This document shows, piece by piece, positions 63,219-64,000 of a stretch of 64,000 bases of DNA. The notes beneath the pieces were generated by a model that worked only from the letters and a program-made list of their open reading frames with translations, did not search any database and was not told the DNA's origin. Within the stretch, counting starts at the first letter, position 1; every line of letters starts with the position of its first letter. The DNA lies in the IMG/VR virus record IMGVR_UViG_3300021962_000088, positions 4,074 through 68,073 of that record. The stretch is one strand, 5' to 3'. The position numbers were made by a program, and so were the translations under genes. Origin of the DNA: a virus.

Positions 63219-63794
63219 ATGAAAGTAATTGATCAAAACAATATATTTCGAAAATACGATTTCAGTTCTGTTATATCTAAAGATGACAATATACAGACCT
63301 GCGATATAGTTAGAAACATTATTGCGAATGGTGATTACTTTACTAATAGTCCCAAGTATCAAACTAAAGAAAACTTGTTTGCTAGGCCTGAGCCTATTTG
63401 GCTAAAGTACAGGATGAGTTTTCTGTTTTCAGTATTCATGTATCTAGGTCGTGAAGTAAAAGTATCAAACATGATGGCCTGGAGTTTCATGACAAATCTT
63501 GAGGGTGCCGAAGATAGAGAAAAATTATGGCACAATCACTGGCATCCACAAAATCCTAATGCTAAAATGATGAGCGGCGTTTGGTATCTACACATTCCTG
63601 AAGATGTTAAAGACAAAGATTACGCAGGTACTGAAATGGCACCGTTTGGTATATCGCACGACGAAAAGTATTTTGTCCGCCCTACAGAATCCAATTGGTT
63701 AATTTATCCCAGTGATAAATGGCATAGACCTGGAATCGTCCAAAGTAATAAATATCGCTTTATATTAGCAGCCGATATCGAATATATAGATTGA
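63219..63794 (+). CDS. 2OG-Fe(II) oxygenase superfamily protein (third paralog)
   Basis: WHNHWHPQNPNAKMMSGVWYLHIP matches the block in the 15553 and 16185 ORFs. Confidence 0.5.
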   Translation: MKVIDQNNIFRKYDFSSVISKDDNIQTCDIVRNIIANGDYFTNSPKYQTKENLFARPEPIWLKYRMSFLFSVFMYLGREVKVSNMMAWSFMTNLEGAEDREKLWHNHWHPQNPNAKMMSGVWYLHIPEDVKDKDYAGTEMAPFGISHDEKYFVRPTESNWLIYPSDKWHRPGIVQSNKYRFILAADIEYID

Positions 63795-64000
63795 CAATAG
63801 CACCAAACGGTGCTATAATTTTAAGTATGTACAAAGTAGAATGGAAAGACACAGCGGGTAGAGGCTGTGAGGAAGAAGTAAAAGATCTATCTCTAGCATT
63901 AGCTAGAGCAACAGAATTAGGGATACCAGTTACTATAAATGGTGGTGGTATGGTAATAGTAGGAACATTTGGGGCAGATTCTGTAAGCAACGGAATTCTA

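Noticed and set aside
1-64000. CRISPR arrays, integrases, transposases, IS elements
   Set aside because: No spaced direct-repeat arrays and no recombinase or transposase-like ORFs were seen; the repeats found are coding tandem repeats or tRNA genes.

Overview
This window reads as part of a large tailed-phage genome, not a bacterial chromosome. Genes are short and densely packed, most on the + strand, with many ATGA/TAATG start-stop overlaps. There are about a dozen near-perfect sigma70-type promoters (TTGACA-17-TATAAT) and many hairpin-plus-U-run terminators.

Genes with recognisable products: class I ribonucleotide reductase (nrdA, nrdB) with a CPYC glutaredoxin; DnaK, an Hsp20 and ClpS, then ClpP further on; ribosomal protein S21; a DnaQ/oligoribonuclease-like exonuclease; heme oxygenase plus a ferredoxin-dependent bilin reductase; peroxiredoxin plus an AhpD-like protein; three 2OG-Fe(II) oxygenase paralogs; a SleB-type lysin with an N-terminal membrane anchor, followed by a holin-like protein and lipoproteins; a pectate-lyase-type tail fibre or tailspike; a PAAR-like spike tip; a TerC-like membrane protein; an SPFH/band-7 lipoprotein; an RNA-ligase-like protein (KxDG motif); and an RNA polymerase omega (rpoZ) homolog.

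A minus-strand block (36.6-40.3 kb) carries an SGNH-like hydrolase, a fatty-acid desaturase, an alpha/beta-hydrolase lipase and isocitrate lyase.

RNA genes: a circularly permuted two-piece tmRNA (tag ANAANDEVYALAA), and an array of at least 32 tRNAs, all with encoded CCA (55.8-63.2 kb). The array is interleaved with small ORFs, strong promoters and several structured non-tRNA segments. A separate tRNA at 44.2 kb appears to carry a CUA (amber-reading) anticodon.

Other points worth follow-up: a family of at least seven tandem small paralogs sharing a C-terminal motif (FxFxNExDAxxFxLKW) at 49-52 kb; four proteins that all begin MRxFEF, possibly a capsid-targeting or propeptide signal; a candidate -1 frameshift site (A_AAA_AAG) extending a 483-aa membrane protein by about 110 codons; and conserved leaders upstream of dnaK and hsp20.

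All calls come from reading the sequence and the ORF track by eye. No database search or structure prediction was run.
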